This document shows positions 1 to 12,810 of a DNA stretch of 64,000 nt, piece by piece. This stretch comes from Azolla caroliniana (lineage: Eukaryota > Plantae > Polypodiophyta): contig JBHGNT010000001.1 of the NCBI GenBank assembly GCA_043228905.1, positions 24,180,001 to 24,244,000 of the forward strand, in the 5' to 3' direction. The notes beneath the pieces were generated by a model. That model did not search any database. It saw nothing but the letters and a program-made list of their open reading frames with translations, and was not told where the DNA came from. How positions within the stretch are numbered: position 1 is the stretch's first letter; every line of letters begins with the position of its first letter. The position numbers were made by a program, and so were the translations under genes.

Positions 1-1328
1 TGAAAACGACAATCTGTTACTGAAGAAGGACCGAGATCAATGAATGTTTTGACGAATGCTATCACAATGGAAGGGCTAGACATTGAGAAATAATATGCTG
101 ATAGCCACTTCTCAAGACCTCATTGGGCTAGAGCCACTACCAAGACACCAGTCAAGATTGGTGACTTGAAGGATCCAGTGGTGGTGCTAATTGACCATGG
201 TTCAGAGGTTAATCTTATGTCCCTTGACTTCTACTGAAAGGGATGATGGCCAATCAATACTAGGCATGGGTGGAAGATCCGAGCAACCAGGATTACGGAA
301 GAGCTTCATGGGGCTGGCCCTAATGTGAAGGTGGTGATAGGCGATGTTGAACTAGACCAACACTTCTTCATGCAAGAGTCAGCATCTCCCTCCGTCATTC
401 TTTAGGAACCCTATATCACAGCGGCTCGAATGGAGACGAAGGTGCTTCACAATTGTTTGGCATATGTTCAAGTACGAAGTCAAGATGGGTTGAACTCAGT
501 CCAGTTTCTCACAATGAGGCCAAACCATGAGCGTTATAGAGATAGTCTAGAAAGAGGATCTAGAGAGGACTTTTAGTTCGGAATATTAGGGAGAGGGACA
601 ATAATAGTCTGAAGCATCTACCTTTGTCCCCAAAGTGATGTAATAAAAGTTTTTCATCTCATTAATAAAAAGAATGTTATGTTTTCTGAAAATTGGATGT
701 GCAAGTTAAAACTATAAAAAAAGATGTAAAGATAAAGAGTTTTGAAAAACAATTGAAAGAAAATGGGATTATTATGGAAGAATATGAGAAAATAATCGGA
801 TCTATGGAGGTAATTTCTTTCGACGAAACTCTTGGGAAAATGGAGAGAGTCATTGACTCAAACCTACATGGGAATAAAGTGATTCCGACTATATACGTTG
901 CCATTGACGAGTATGAGCAAGGTGTTGCGGCAAATAAGGTTGAAGTGAATACTAAGTATGTCAAGATTGTTGACAAGAAAGTGAAGCCTGTTGTTGCCCT
1001 CCCTGCCTAAAGACAATTGGCAGCGGATGAAGGAGGTGGTGACCAATTTGTCTCTTAGAGACCCGAGAGGGATAGGACACACCTTCACTGATGAAACCTT
1101 AATGAAGCTCAAGATCAGTGGGGGTGAGTTCCTACTTCTCGAAGAGGAGTAAAAATTCAAGGAAATGTTGGGGTGACATGGAAAATCCTTTGCTTTTTCC
1201 TTGCTAGAGATAGGATGTGTGGACCCGATAGGATTTGTGGACCCTACACTCGTGGAGCCGATGATTATTTTCACATACCTCGTCTTCCATGGAGCTTGAA
1301 ACCGATTCCGGTTCCCAGAGCATATATC

Positions 1329-1799
1329 TGTCACGGACACACCAACGCTAGATTATGACAAAGCACAGATGACAAGGCTATGACTGATAAGGTTACGAAT
1401 GTGGAACTCGACGTGATGAGGCTAGAAACTCAGGAGGTTGGGAGCGATGAGATGAGGAACTTAAAGACAAATACAAGAACATAAAGACAAAGATGTAAAT
1501 CAAGGAGAGAAGATGGGGCTAAACAAGAATACTAGATTGATGTGTCAATGACTGGTGTTGAATCCCTTGAAAGAGACTAGAATGGTTACAAGTTGAAGTA
1601 CATGCATTAGAATATTCTTGAACCTTCTAGAACCTTGGAACTTTCTAGAACTTTCTAGATGTCTAGAGAGTATACCTAGATCACGTACATCTTATACAAT
1701 AATGCTTATATCAAGATGGTTGAGCATAATGTATTGTTGATGTGAGGTTGCAAATTCAATCCTCATCAACTATATATTTTATGTTATTGTATTGTGACA
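1329..1799 (-). mobile_element. Solo LTR (471 bp) in the RT of the host Gypsy
   Basis: TGTCAC...GTGACA termini with 5-bp TSD ATATC (1324-1328 / 1800-1804). Orientation inferred from base composition. Confidence 0.85.
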
Positions 1800-2075
1800 A
1801 TATCCCAAAATTATTAGAATTATTGAAAGAGAAAGTCAGGGTGGGAATCCTAGAACCATCTAGTGCACCTTATTCAAATAGGCGGTTCACAATGCCGAAG
1901 AAAAATGGGACTCTTTGATTCATTTAGGATCTGCAACCGGTAAAAAAGGTTACCATTTGAAATGCAAGGGTTGGACCTAATGTTGATAAGTTCACTGAGG
2001 CTTTTGTAGAAAGATCGATATACTCGATCATAAACTTGTATTCCGGCTACGACCAGTTCCAATTATCTCTGAACA

Positions 2076-2565
2076 TGTTACCCGGACAAAGGGGCAATCG
2101 GTCAAGTTGAGAAGCGACGGAGTCAGAAATGTTGGAGTCGAAGTCGGATCAATAAAGAGGATCGATGAGTTAGCATTTTGCCGAGTATAATTAAAATCGA
2201 AAATATAGCTAGTTACAGATTTTGTAATTCTTGCCGATATGATAGTATGTTTTCTTGATGAGGAAGTTCTTTCGGTTGCCTATAAAAGGAATCGAAGGCA
2301 TTGTAAAAAACTATCGTTTATTTTAGTAATATAAGTTTAGTTGTAGGAAATCTCGGTGTGCAATTATTTATTCTTCTATTAAATCTGTTTCAATCTTGAT
2401 ATAACTATATTACATAAGTAACGATCTCGATGTCTGCATAACATCGATAATATTACAGTAACTTAATATTCATTCGCCTAACCACAATTCATTGATAGAA
2501 CGTTCGGTAAGCAATGTTCGATTTATATTGTGTCGACAACATAGTCGATTGTCGGCCGAACAACA
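2076..2565 (+). repeat. 5' LTR of element A
   Basis: TGTTACCCGG...GAACAACA; aligns with 10157-10624; contains TATAAAA. Confidence 0.9.
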
Positions 2566-2576
2566 CAGTATAATTT

Positions 2577-2589
2577 TGGCATGCCCGGT
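2577..2589 (+). promoter_or_regulatory. Primer binding site complementary to tRNA-Arg(UCU)
   Basis: TGGCATGCCCGGT, 11 nt after the LTR; pairs (with G:U) to the plant tRNA-Arg(UCU) 3' end ...AC(C/U)GGGCGUGCCA, recalled from memory. Confidence 0.7.
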
Positions 2590-2755
2590 TACATCTGCAA
2601 TTAGCAGAGAACAAGTTGAATGGATGTCATCTGGTCTGGATACACTAGTCGGCTATAAATGTCCTCGTACACGTTTTGTTACGAAGGAATTAGAGAAGGA
2701 TTCTGTTGCAGTAGTATAGCCAGAAACAAGTCGGAGGTGGTCTGCACTTCTTGAT

Positions 2756-5700
2756 TTGGCTGATAGTCAGTCAGAAGAAAATCAGTCGGAAGAGGTATCA
2801 TTTTACGATATCTGGAGTGAAACCAATATGCCTTACCCATATTCTAAATTTTGGGAGGGAGCAGATGCAGAAGCGCATGTTAGGGACTTTTTGACAACAT
2901 GGGAAATAAAACCATGGAGCTCAGAGACTGTCGGCGGCAACCGAGGACAAGTCAAAAATTGCTGAGTTTGTTTTGTCATTAGATGGTCATTCGGCTAATT
3001 GGTTTGCGCAGAATGGTTTTAGAGCGTTCAAAACTTTTGAACAGCTAACCAACAAATTTCGGCAATTATTTAATCATCAAATTCCCCAAAAGGATTTGAT
3101 AGCTCAATTGTATGCATTATATCAGGAGCTGCATGAAACAGTGTCACAGTTTGTCATCCTTTTTCAGAATTTACAACTCCAGATTTCCAGGTCAATTCCC
3201 GATGACGAATTGAAGGATATATTTCTTGAAGCAATTCGTGAACCATTACGAACACCATTAGCGGTGTTCGATTTCCGGAATCAGAAAATTGAGCAAGTGA
3301 TTGATAAGGCAATAGCTATGGGCCGGATCCAAAAAATGTGAGGAGTATGGATATGTCGGCATTACATCATACCTTGCCACCTCTCGAAGAGTTGCAATTT
3401 CGACAAGCAATACAGTGTACTACTTGTTTAAATACGGGGCATTCGTCAATAGAGTGTAACTTGCGAACACATTGCACAATATGTCACTCTAAAGCCCATT
3501 CAGTAGAGCAATGTGAATATAATCTGCTTAACAAAACAACAACACCAGTACGACAATTTTTTCTAGAAAATGGGTACCAGGATAATCGTAATAGGTTCAA
3601 CAATCGGTATCAAGAGGACAACCGACAATATGATTATCGGCAGAGTCAAGATTTTCAGCAAACACAGGATAATAGTCGTCAACAACCAAAATGAGGTCCT
3701 TATAAACAGAGTCGGCCTAATAACAAAAAGTTTTACAAGCAAAAAGCGTCACAACAATTTCAACATGATTCTCAAAGAGAAAATCTGGATTCTGATGAGA
3801 ATTGAGGTCACCAATATGAACAAGGTAAAGGTATCGGAACATTTATTCCTAACTGCTACATTTGCAGGAAGGATGGATATTGTGCAAATCAATGTCTGTC
3901 TAAAGTTAAAGGAAAAGCACCCGCCGTCAATATGGTGATACCAGAAATTCAACAAGTAACTACTAGGAGTAAAAGTAAACAATCCGAATGGGAAATTCAG
4001 GAAGTGGTCAGGAAAGAAACTAAGGAATGGATGGAGGAAGTAAATAAAAATAATGTGTCCAAAATGTTGCAGGACAATGAGATAAACCAAATTAATGACC
4101 TGCCCGGAGCAACGGTAGTACAGGAACAAGAGGAAGCTTGGAAAATCTTGGCTGATTGCCAAGTATCATTACCTTTGACGGGATTACTCAAATTGGTTCC
4201 ACAATTTACGGAGAAAGTGGCAACTCTGATTGCCCAGAACGGCAATGAACAAGTAGTTGTTAACTATAGTCAGCCTAGTAATAGTCCGACAATTATGGAT
4301 GAGCAGAATCCATCCATTAAGGTCATAATTCATGGCCAAGAAATAGATGGTGCTATTGTTGATGGTGGCTTAGGAATTAATGTAATTAATAAGACTACTT
4401 GTGATAAGCTCGACATTACCAATCGGGAAGCATGTCCATTTTGGTTGAGAATGGCCGATACCAGTACGATGCAACCAATCGGATTACTACGGGAATTAGA
4501 TGTCGTGTTAGGTGGTCACACTTTTCAAATATCGGCAGTCGTGCTCCATCTGGAGGCTCCTAGAGCATATCCTTTGCTATTAGGACGGCCATGGTTAAAA
4601 ACTGCTAATATTAAGCAAAATTGGAATAAGAATTTATTGACATTCCGAAAAGGCAAAACTAAAATCCGTGTGTTAACTCAAAATAAGATTACTACAAGTA
4701 AGCGATATTTTCCAATTCATGCAGAGGTCGTGAATATGATGGAAGGACTGGATGAAGTGGAGGAGCATCATTATTTCAATGATAACCCAAAAATGATTCC
4801 CTTGTTCGAAGTGGATATATTACAAGCTCTAACATCGTACGTGGATCCACAGGAGAGTTTACCACTAGATGAGCAAACAAAGAAAGAAATTTGACTACAA
4901 CAGGAGGCTACTGAAAAGGAAATAAGGGTATCTCAACGAGTTCAGACTTCGTCATTAGAGGAGATAAATTTAGCAGAAGAAGATAATGTGCCTGAGCCAA
5001 AAATAGTTCTGATTACCAAGGATATGTTGTTGGCTGATAAGCAACGATTAGTCGGTTTACTCAAACAATATAAGGATGTGTTTGCCTGGTCTTTTGAAGA
5101 CATGAAAGGGTTAGATCCAGCTTTCTGTCAACACCAAATTAATCTGCATAAAGATGCAAAACTGGTTCAACAACGTAGGTGTCGTCTAAATCCTAATTAT
5201 GCAGTTAAAGTTAAAGAAGAAATAGATAAACTCGATAGGGTTTATTCGACCTGTTAAAAAAGCTACATGGCTGAGTCTGATTGTAGTCGTTCCGAAAAAG
5301 AATGGAAAAATTCGGGTATGTGTCGACTACTGGAAACTTAATGCAGCAATAGTAACGGATGCATTTCCATTACCGTTTATGGATGGTATATTGGATGCAG
5401 TAGCTGGTCACGAAATGTACAGTTTTCTTGATGGCTTTAATGGGTATAATCAGGTAAGAATGCATCCGGAAGATCAAGAAAAGATAGCTTTTGTCACGGA
5501 ATGGGGGGTGTTTGTGGCGGTTGTAATGATGTTCAGATTAAAAATAGCTCCAGCCACATTCCAAAGGGTCATCTAGGAAATCTCTGCAGAGTACATCCCC
5601 ACATTCATGCAAGTTTTCTTGGATGATTTTGCGGTTTACAATCGGAAATTAGAACACTTTGAACATTTGCAGCTGTGCTTGGAACGATGTCGGAAAGGTC

Positions 5701-7750
5701 GACTCAGGTTGACTCCGGCAAAATGCACATTCGGGGTTACAAGTGGAGCATTATTAGGTCACATTGTCAGTCAGGAAGGAATTGCAGTAGACCCAGACAA
5801 GGTCAAAACCATATTAGACGCACCGGCACCAACAAATGCTAAGGGCCTTAGTCGGTTCTTAGGACAAATTAGATGGCATAGTAGAATGATTACATATCTT
5901 GCTGATGTTGCCATTCCCTTACGCACAACGGTGCATAAAACACCTTTCCAATGGACAAGTGTTCTGGTGTTTAAACCACCTAATTGGAACAAACCGTTTC
6001 ATGCGTTCGTCGACGCATCGTATGTAGCAATCGGAAGTGCACTCATGCAGCTATCCAAACCAAGCTGGTATAGACCAGTTTACTACGCTAGTCAGAAACT
6101 TTCAACAACAGAACGGAATTATTTGACGACTGAAAGGGAAGCTTTAGGAATGATTTACAGTATCAACAAATTTCGACACTACCTTTTGGGCAAAAAAATT
6201 ACATTCCACATCGATCATTTTGCTTTACTCTATTTGGTCTCCAAACAAGAATTAACGGGTAAGCTGGCACGATGGACGCTATTACTGCAAGAATTTGAAT
6301 TCGACATTCTGCATTGGCTAGGGGTACAACATGTAGTTGTTGATTATCTTAGCCGACTAGAGTCGGGAGAAGAGGGCACAAGTGTGACAGATGACTTTCC
6401 GGATGGGCAACTCTTTCGGGTGGACAGTACGTGTACAGGAATTAAATGAAGACAACGATGATGCTTGGATCTCAGAAATGACAATCTTTCTTACAACAGG
6501 GTTACCACCCGAGCACCTATCAACAGACGAAAGAAAACGATTAGCCGTTCGTAGTCGGAATTTTTGTCTTTTAATGACACTCTCTATCATAAAGGAGCGG
6601 ACAGAATTTGGAGAAGGGCAGTACGACAATTTGAGAAATCGGTAATTCTCCGAGAAACCCATTGTGGCATTGCAGGAGGACACTATGCAGGTGAAACTAC
6701 GGCACGGAAAATACGGAACAGTGGTTTATGGTGGCCAACAGTAATGAAGGACGCAATCGACTATTGTTGAAATGCGATTTATGTCAGCGAATGGGGCAAC
6801 CTACCGAAAAAGACAGAATGCCTTTGCAACCTGTCTTACCTTTGGAGCCATTCCAAAAATGGGGATTGAATTTTGTCGGCCCATTTAAACCAGCCGCACT
6901 ACGTACAAGCAATTGGTACATCATAGTCGTCACGGATTACAATACGAAATGGGTAGAGGCTAAACCCCTAAAAGACAGTACGACAACCAAATTCTTATAC
7001 GAAAATATATGGTGCCGGTTAGGATGTCCAATAGAATTGGTATGTGATCAGGGTACACATTTCATTAATAAAATTGTACATGAATTATCTACATATTATG
7101 CAGTGGTGCATAAGAAAAGTACTTCGTACTACCCGCAACCAAATGGATTAGCGGAATCGACAAATAAAACACTGTAGACAATACTTAAGAAGATAGTTAA
7201 TGAAAATCGTACAGATTGGGATCAAAAAATCAATAGTGCCTTATGGGCATATAGGAATTCATATAAAACATCTATCAAGTGCACTCCTTTTCACATGGCT
7301 TTCGGCTTGGAAGCCGTAATGCCAATAGAATTCCAAGTTCTGACACTCCGAATTCAAGCAACAGAAAGGTTAGATGAGCTACAGTTGGAACAAATTCGGA
7401 AAGAAGGTTTGTTGATGTTAGAAGAAAGCCAGATACAAGCCATGACGGATTTAGAGCAGAAGCCGCGACAAACGAAAGCATTTGTGGAGCAACACCGTCG
7501 ACAAACAGAAAGACAGTTCGCGATCGAAAAACCGGTATTAGTATTTCAAACAAAAATGGGATCTATGCTTGGAAAGTTTCGGTTTCGATGGATAGGACCA
7601 GTCTGGATCGTTCACAACAAAAATAGGACGTATCAAGTCAACACATTATTAGGCGAAATTTTACCGAAATGGGTAAATGGTTTTCGGCTCAAACCTTATC
7701 ACGGGCCAAAGCCGGAAAACCCATTCATAGTGGATTCCATCGCAAAGTGA
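2756..7750 (+). pseudogene. Frameshifted gag-pol of element A
   Basis: Fragmented ORFs: gag with two CCHC knuckles (CTTCLNTGHSSIEC, CTICHSKAHSVEQC), protease 3932-4894, RT/RH 4988-6449, integrase 6560-7750. Confidence 0.9.
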
Positions 7751-7976
7751 CGAGACATACATCACACAGTTGTAAAAAAAAAAAAAAAAAAGAAGCAAAA
7801 GATTATCTTGGCAAAAGCAACTAACTGTCTGAAGAGGAATCTTGGGGAAGTCTGAGTCAATTTATAAATATAGTAAAGGTATTGCATGCACTCTAAAAAA
7901 CGAGTGGTGGAGCCATTATTGCTAAATATACATTATTACTTACATTAATAGTAACTGTCTCTATTCCCTAGGCATC

Positions 7977-10050
7977 ATGCAAAGAATTATTTCTTTAAAA
8001 CCTATTCCTTCCTCTTTTGTCTCACCACAGAGACAGAAATGTATTCGTGTTGAACGATTTTCTGCCCTTAATCACCATAGCCTTAAGCTTGCGTCGCATC
8101 CACCACAACACTTTAATTTCTTTTCTGAAGATGAAAATATGTCGATCCTTGTTTCTGATAACTTGCGCCAGTGGCTCGTCAACAAAAATATGCAAGGGTT
8201 CATCCAAGTTGCAAAAGAAGAACCCCATCCTCGTGCTGCAGAACTTCTGCACCAGATCAACGTTTCAAAAATCATGAATAAAAAGGTATGTCGAATGTTG
8301 AACTTGAGAAGGGAAGGTTTTGATACGGTCCAGAAAATGGACAAAGACATGCTCAGGTCTTATTTCAGAGAATATTCTCCCTCAACCAAAGCTTTTCAAA
8401 CGCAGGGAGGGGAAGATGACTTTTTTCATGAAGTAGCGAAATTTTTGTTGGAAGTGGGATTTGTGAGTCCCCGATTTTATTGTATGCCCAAGAAAAGGGC
8501 CGGGTTCATAATCGCCACATATGAGGGTGAGGTTTTCAACTTGGGGTTGCTGTCAGCAGAAGCTCTATGGGAGCAGCTGCATAGGGTGCAAAAAGGGAAA
8601 CCAATGAAACCAGTATTTTGATCGATGGTTGTTGGTATTGTTTCCGATGCAAGGATCGGAAAACCGATTAGAAGAACAAAGGTCACCACGGCCACAACAA
8701 GCATCCCGACCTTGAAGACAAGTGCAACGAGAGGAGTGGCAGGAAGGACAATCGACGCAAGTCGACACCATTCAAACGGAACCTGAACAACAACCGGTAT
8801 CCTCACCAGTACAAGAGTCGACAACACAACCGAAACCTGAACAACAACACGATCTTGTGGCCACAACACATCCAATTTCACAACCACCTCGACCCAGTCA
8901 AGAGTCAACACTTGTCGTAACTAAACAACCAACACAAAGACAGTGTCGAGTAAAGCAAAGGGCTCAACGATTTCCATAGACTCAGTAAGAGGAGCCTGCG
9001 CAGAATAAACAAAGAACAGACAACCAGGCCACACAAACCACACAAGTACCTCGTGTCAATCCTAATGACACAACTAGAATTCAGAAAGGGCAGTCATCAG
9101 CAACAAAGGTCTAAGAAGCAACTGGATTCTCCGATATTCCTCCAACAGCACATGAATTGGCAGCCATTCTGCAATTTGGAACATCTTATGAATTAGTAGA
9201 ATGGTTAGCACATAGGTAACAAGAGGTGTCGGAGAGAATGGCACAAGAGCATCGGGATCAGATAATGATCCAAAAATCATTAAGTGGAGATGTCGAGCCG
9301 TATGAGCAACAAGAGGTTGATCGAATTGGCCGACAACGGAGTGCGAAGAATAAAGGCGAGGCCATCCTGATGCCACCATTGCATGAGGCTCTAGTAGAAG
9401 TACATCGAGAATATGACAAGGCCAGCCGAGTAGCCATAGATATGGCTGATTTGTACAAGAAGGCAACAACAACATCGGATATTTTAAATCACAATGTACA
9501 AAGACGCAAGCCGAAAACCAGTAGTTGTCGGAACGCCTTCGAAAAACAGAGGAGCAACTGCAAAAAACAAAAGAGGAAATGTTGCAGCAGGTGTCAGCAA
9601 GCAGACCCTAAGAATCTTATAGGAACTGCAACAGAAATTACAGCAGGCAGAAGTAGTGCTCATGGAGGCTAAAGCTAGAGCCGAAAAAGCTGATATTGCC
9701 AAAGGGACAATAGGAAGGCATAGGGACAAGGCTTCTTCAAAATGTCGGAAGAGGCAATATCAATTGTTCAGGCAGATATTTCCAAAGACTTGTATGATAT
9801 GGCTGCTTGCCACCGAGAAGAAGTTAGTCGAATCATGCAGGAATTTGATAAACATGATATCGACACATCTGTCCAATTTGATGCCTATGAATTTGAAAGA
9901 AGAAGCCAAACTCCAAGCCTCGGCGCACCAGTGCTTGTAGCACCATCACCACAACCATCGACAGAATCAGGATACACAATAATCTATAGAATCAGACAAC
10001 AATGAAGAGGCAATGCGACAACCCGAACCCTCATTGTTTGATATTTTGCA
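7977..10050 (+). pseudogene. Extra 3' ORF of element A (globular N-terminal domain, Q/P/T-rich linker, coiled coil), disrupted
   Basis: ORF pieces 7977-8621, 8722-8979, 9226-9672, 9742-10005; the N-terminal domain aligns with 17760-18330 of element B. Confidence 0.7.
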
Positions 10051-10156
10051 GGACGATGCTGAAGACGAATTGGACAAGGACCTTCCTTCCGAAAAGCAGG
10101 AATGGAAGGGTGCTGTGGGTTTTCCGAGCAAGGCCCTAGCCCACGGGTGCGCCAAG

Positions 10157-10624
10157 TGTTACCTGGACAAAGGGGCGGTTGATGAAGTGGAGAAGCGATG
10201 GAGTCGAAGTCGGATCAATAAAGAGAATCGATGAGCCAACATTTTGCCGAATATAATTAAAACCGAAAATATAGTTAGTTACAGATTTTGTAATTCTTGC
10301 CGATATGGCAGTATGTTTTCTTGATGAGGAAGTCCTTTCGGTTGCCTATAAAAGGAATCGAAGGCATTGTAAAAAACTATCGTTTATTTTAGTAATATAA
10401 GTTTAGTTGTAGGAAATCTCGGTGTGCAATTATTTATTCTTCTATTAAATCTATTTCCATCTTGATATAACTATATTACATAAGTAACGATCTCGATGTC
10501 TACATAACATCAATAGTATTACAGTAACTTAATATTCATTCACCTAACCACAATTCATTGATAGAACGTTCGGTAAGCAACGTTCGACTTATAGTGTGTC
10601 GACAACATAGTCGATTGTCGGCCG
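10157..10624 (+). repeat. 3' LTR of element A (terminal bases deleted)
   Basis: Matches the 5' LTR up to ...GTCGGCCG, then host RT resumes. Confidence 0.9.
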
Positions 10625-11431
10625 GGACATCATGAAGATGCAAACTCCCATCGGGTTAGTAAAGATGTGCATTGCCGCAAGGAGCAACCAACTCAGTAGC
10701 TCACATGATGAATGCCATGAATAAAGTGCTGGGAGATTGTATCTTTGATATCACTATGCCTTTCCTCGATGATATTCCTATAAACGGGTGCCCAAAATCA
10801 GAGAAGAATGACCTTTTAGATCAAAATGGGTGCAGAGGCTTTGTTACGGATCATATCAGAGATTGTGAGATGGTGCTACAAAGACTAGAAGGTGTAGGCC
10901 TAACATTTGGACAACAAGAAATTCTAGTGGTTGGAGATCTTTGTGGACCATACAAATGAAAACCTTCTCTTGAGAAGGTGAATGCTATTCCGAAAATGCG
11001 AGAGGAATGTGGAACACAAATAGAAGTCTAAAGATTCTTAGGGGCGTGTGCCTTATACCATATTTGGATTCCGCACTATGCTCATTTGGTTGAATCCTTG
11101 TATAACTTACTAAAAAGAAAAAGGAAATTCTACGATGAAGGTAGACAAGGACTACTTGATCGGGTCAAAAGTGATAATTGAAACATATTGCCTTCCAATC
11201 ATTGGGATGATCTCAGGATGTGTCACACCAGATCTAGATCGCTTACATCAAGTCTTTGAACCTAGAGATCCACCACATTGCCAGAAAGAACAACGCTATG
11301 ACGAATATGCTATCAAGAGCAAGATTTGAGAATGAGAGTGACATGGTTTCGGAAGATGAAGATGTCACCGTCGACTTCTTCAACATGGCTTGACTGTCCA
11401 TGGAGGATAGATGGATGCTAACCTTCCACGT

Positions 11432-11841
11432 TGTCATGGAGAAAACCGTCCCTAGGCGGAAACCGGGTATAACGTGCGTAAACCGGCCCTTACACGTGGG
11501 CACAAGTTTTGTTGTATAGTACACAGATAGGTACAAGTCGGCTGAGGTGAAATCCTAGGTAGCACACATTCATTAGGGAGAAAATTGAGGCGTATTCCTG
11601 TCCTAAAGGACAGGGAATAAACATGATGTAATGGGTGGTAACGGTCTCCTTCTTTGGGTTATAAAAGAGAGGGAGAGGTATTGTAAAAAAGATATTGCAT
11701 TTTATGGAGGACAAAGTGCTGCCAGACTAGAACTGAGCTCTTCTCCTCTATCTTCCCCATAGTCGTTCTGTGCAGGTTTTCAGGAGGCTGACTCTGCTCC
11801 ACGGAACGCCCAAGTGCTTCGGGCAGAGTCTCCATCTCGCG

Positions 11842-11899
<58 letters not shown>

Positions 11900-12135
11900 G
11901 CGTCGGAGCCTATCACTCGCTGGCTCGCCGGTTGTAACTCCTTGATTTATATATACATAGACATTCGTTCTGTCTCCATTGTTTAGAGTTAGTTGCAACT
12001 CCTGTGAATCTGTGTGTCTGTGCGCGTGTGAAGTACATCGGTAGTTTCCTTCCCCTCTTCTCATTCGGTTATTTCTCGGTCCAAGGCCCCCGTGGTCCTG
12101 CCTCGTTCTCCATGCACGCGCGTAACAACGCGACA
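11432..12135 (+). mobile_element. Solo LTR (704 bp) containing (TG)26
   Basis: TGTCATG...CGCGACA termini; imperfect 4-bp TSD ACGT/ATGC (both one transition from ACGC); host pol resumes afterwards (AFNENVYKGEW). Confidence 0.8.
11845..11896. repeat. (TG)26 microsatellite
   Basis: Read directly from the sequence. Confidence 0.95.
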
Positions 12136-12810
12136 ATGCCTTCAACGAGAATGTGTATAAAGGGGAGTGGTTACGGATCGGTAGGTTGTTGAGCACAATG
12201 ACAGTGGATGCTTCATGGATGAAAGAGAATGCTCTATGAATCCGGAAGAAAGCTTACCAGTACTTTCTGAAGGGAGGATTCCTTTGGCGGCACCCGAAGA
12301 GGAGGATAAGGACGCCACGACGAGTGGTGGTGAAGAGAGAGGACCAAGTGTCATTGATATCTAAATTCCACAAGAGTCCTTGTGAAAGTCATAGAGGAAC
12401 ATGGTCGACGTTCGAAAAGTAGAAGGAGAAGTACTGGTGGTTGAGCATGTACAAGGATATACTACATTTTGTGTCCACATGTGAAAGCTACCAAGTACAT
12501 TCGAACATATGTCACCGTAATGAGCTACACTTGACATACCCACTCACCATACACTTCAAATGGATGGTAGATCTGGTATCGATGCCAATGGGAGTGGGAC
12601 AGATGTAGTACTTGGTGTTGGCAAGGGAAGACCAGCCAAATCAAGTGAAAGGATGGGCCTTGGCACATAAGATGACCTCAGCCGTTTGCCAATTTCTACT
12701 CGAAGAGGTCATCTGCTGATACAGATGTGTGGGAAAGATAATGGTCGGTCGACGGGAGCTAGATGCACACGAAGCAATGGAGCTCTTCAAGCAACTAGGA
12801 GTGATATTGG

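Larger units (their letters stand above)
2076..10624 (+). mobile_element. Full-length degenerate non-chromovirus Ty3/Gypsy element A, with an extra 3' ORF
   Basis: Paired LTRs at 2076-2565 and 10157-10624; PBS at 2577; gag, PR (IVDGG), RT (FLDD), RH (FVDAS) and INT (GLNFVGPF) in Gypsy order. Confidence 0.93.
1..12810 (+). mobile_element. Degenerate Ty3/Gypsy pol remnant (PR-RT-RH-INT), host of three nested insertions
   Basis: Protease VVVLIDHGSEVNLMS (~178-220); RT PWSLKPIPVPRAYI|PKLLELLKEK..SSAPYS, resuming at 10625 (PQGATNSVAHM..PFLDDI); integrase zinc finger (KEKYWW..CESYQ) and core at 12360-12810. Many stops and frameshifts; the protein sequence rejoins across each insertion. Confidence 0.85.

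Noticed and set aside
2088-2094. AAAGGGG as the PPT of element A
   Set aside because: It lies inside both LTR copies, downstream of the TG terminus, so it cannot be the PPT.
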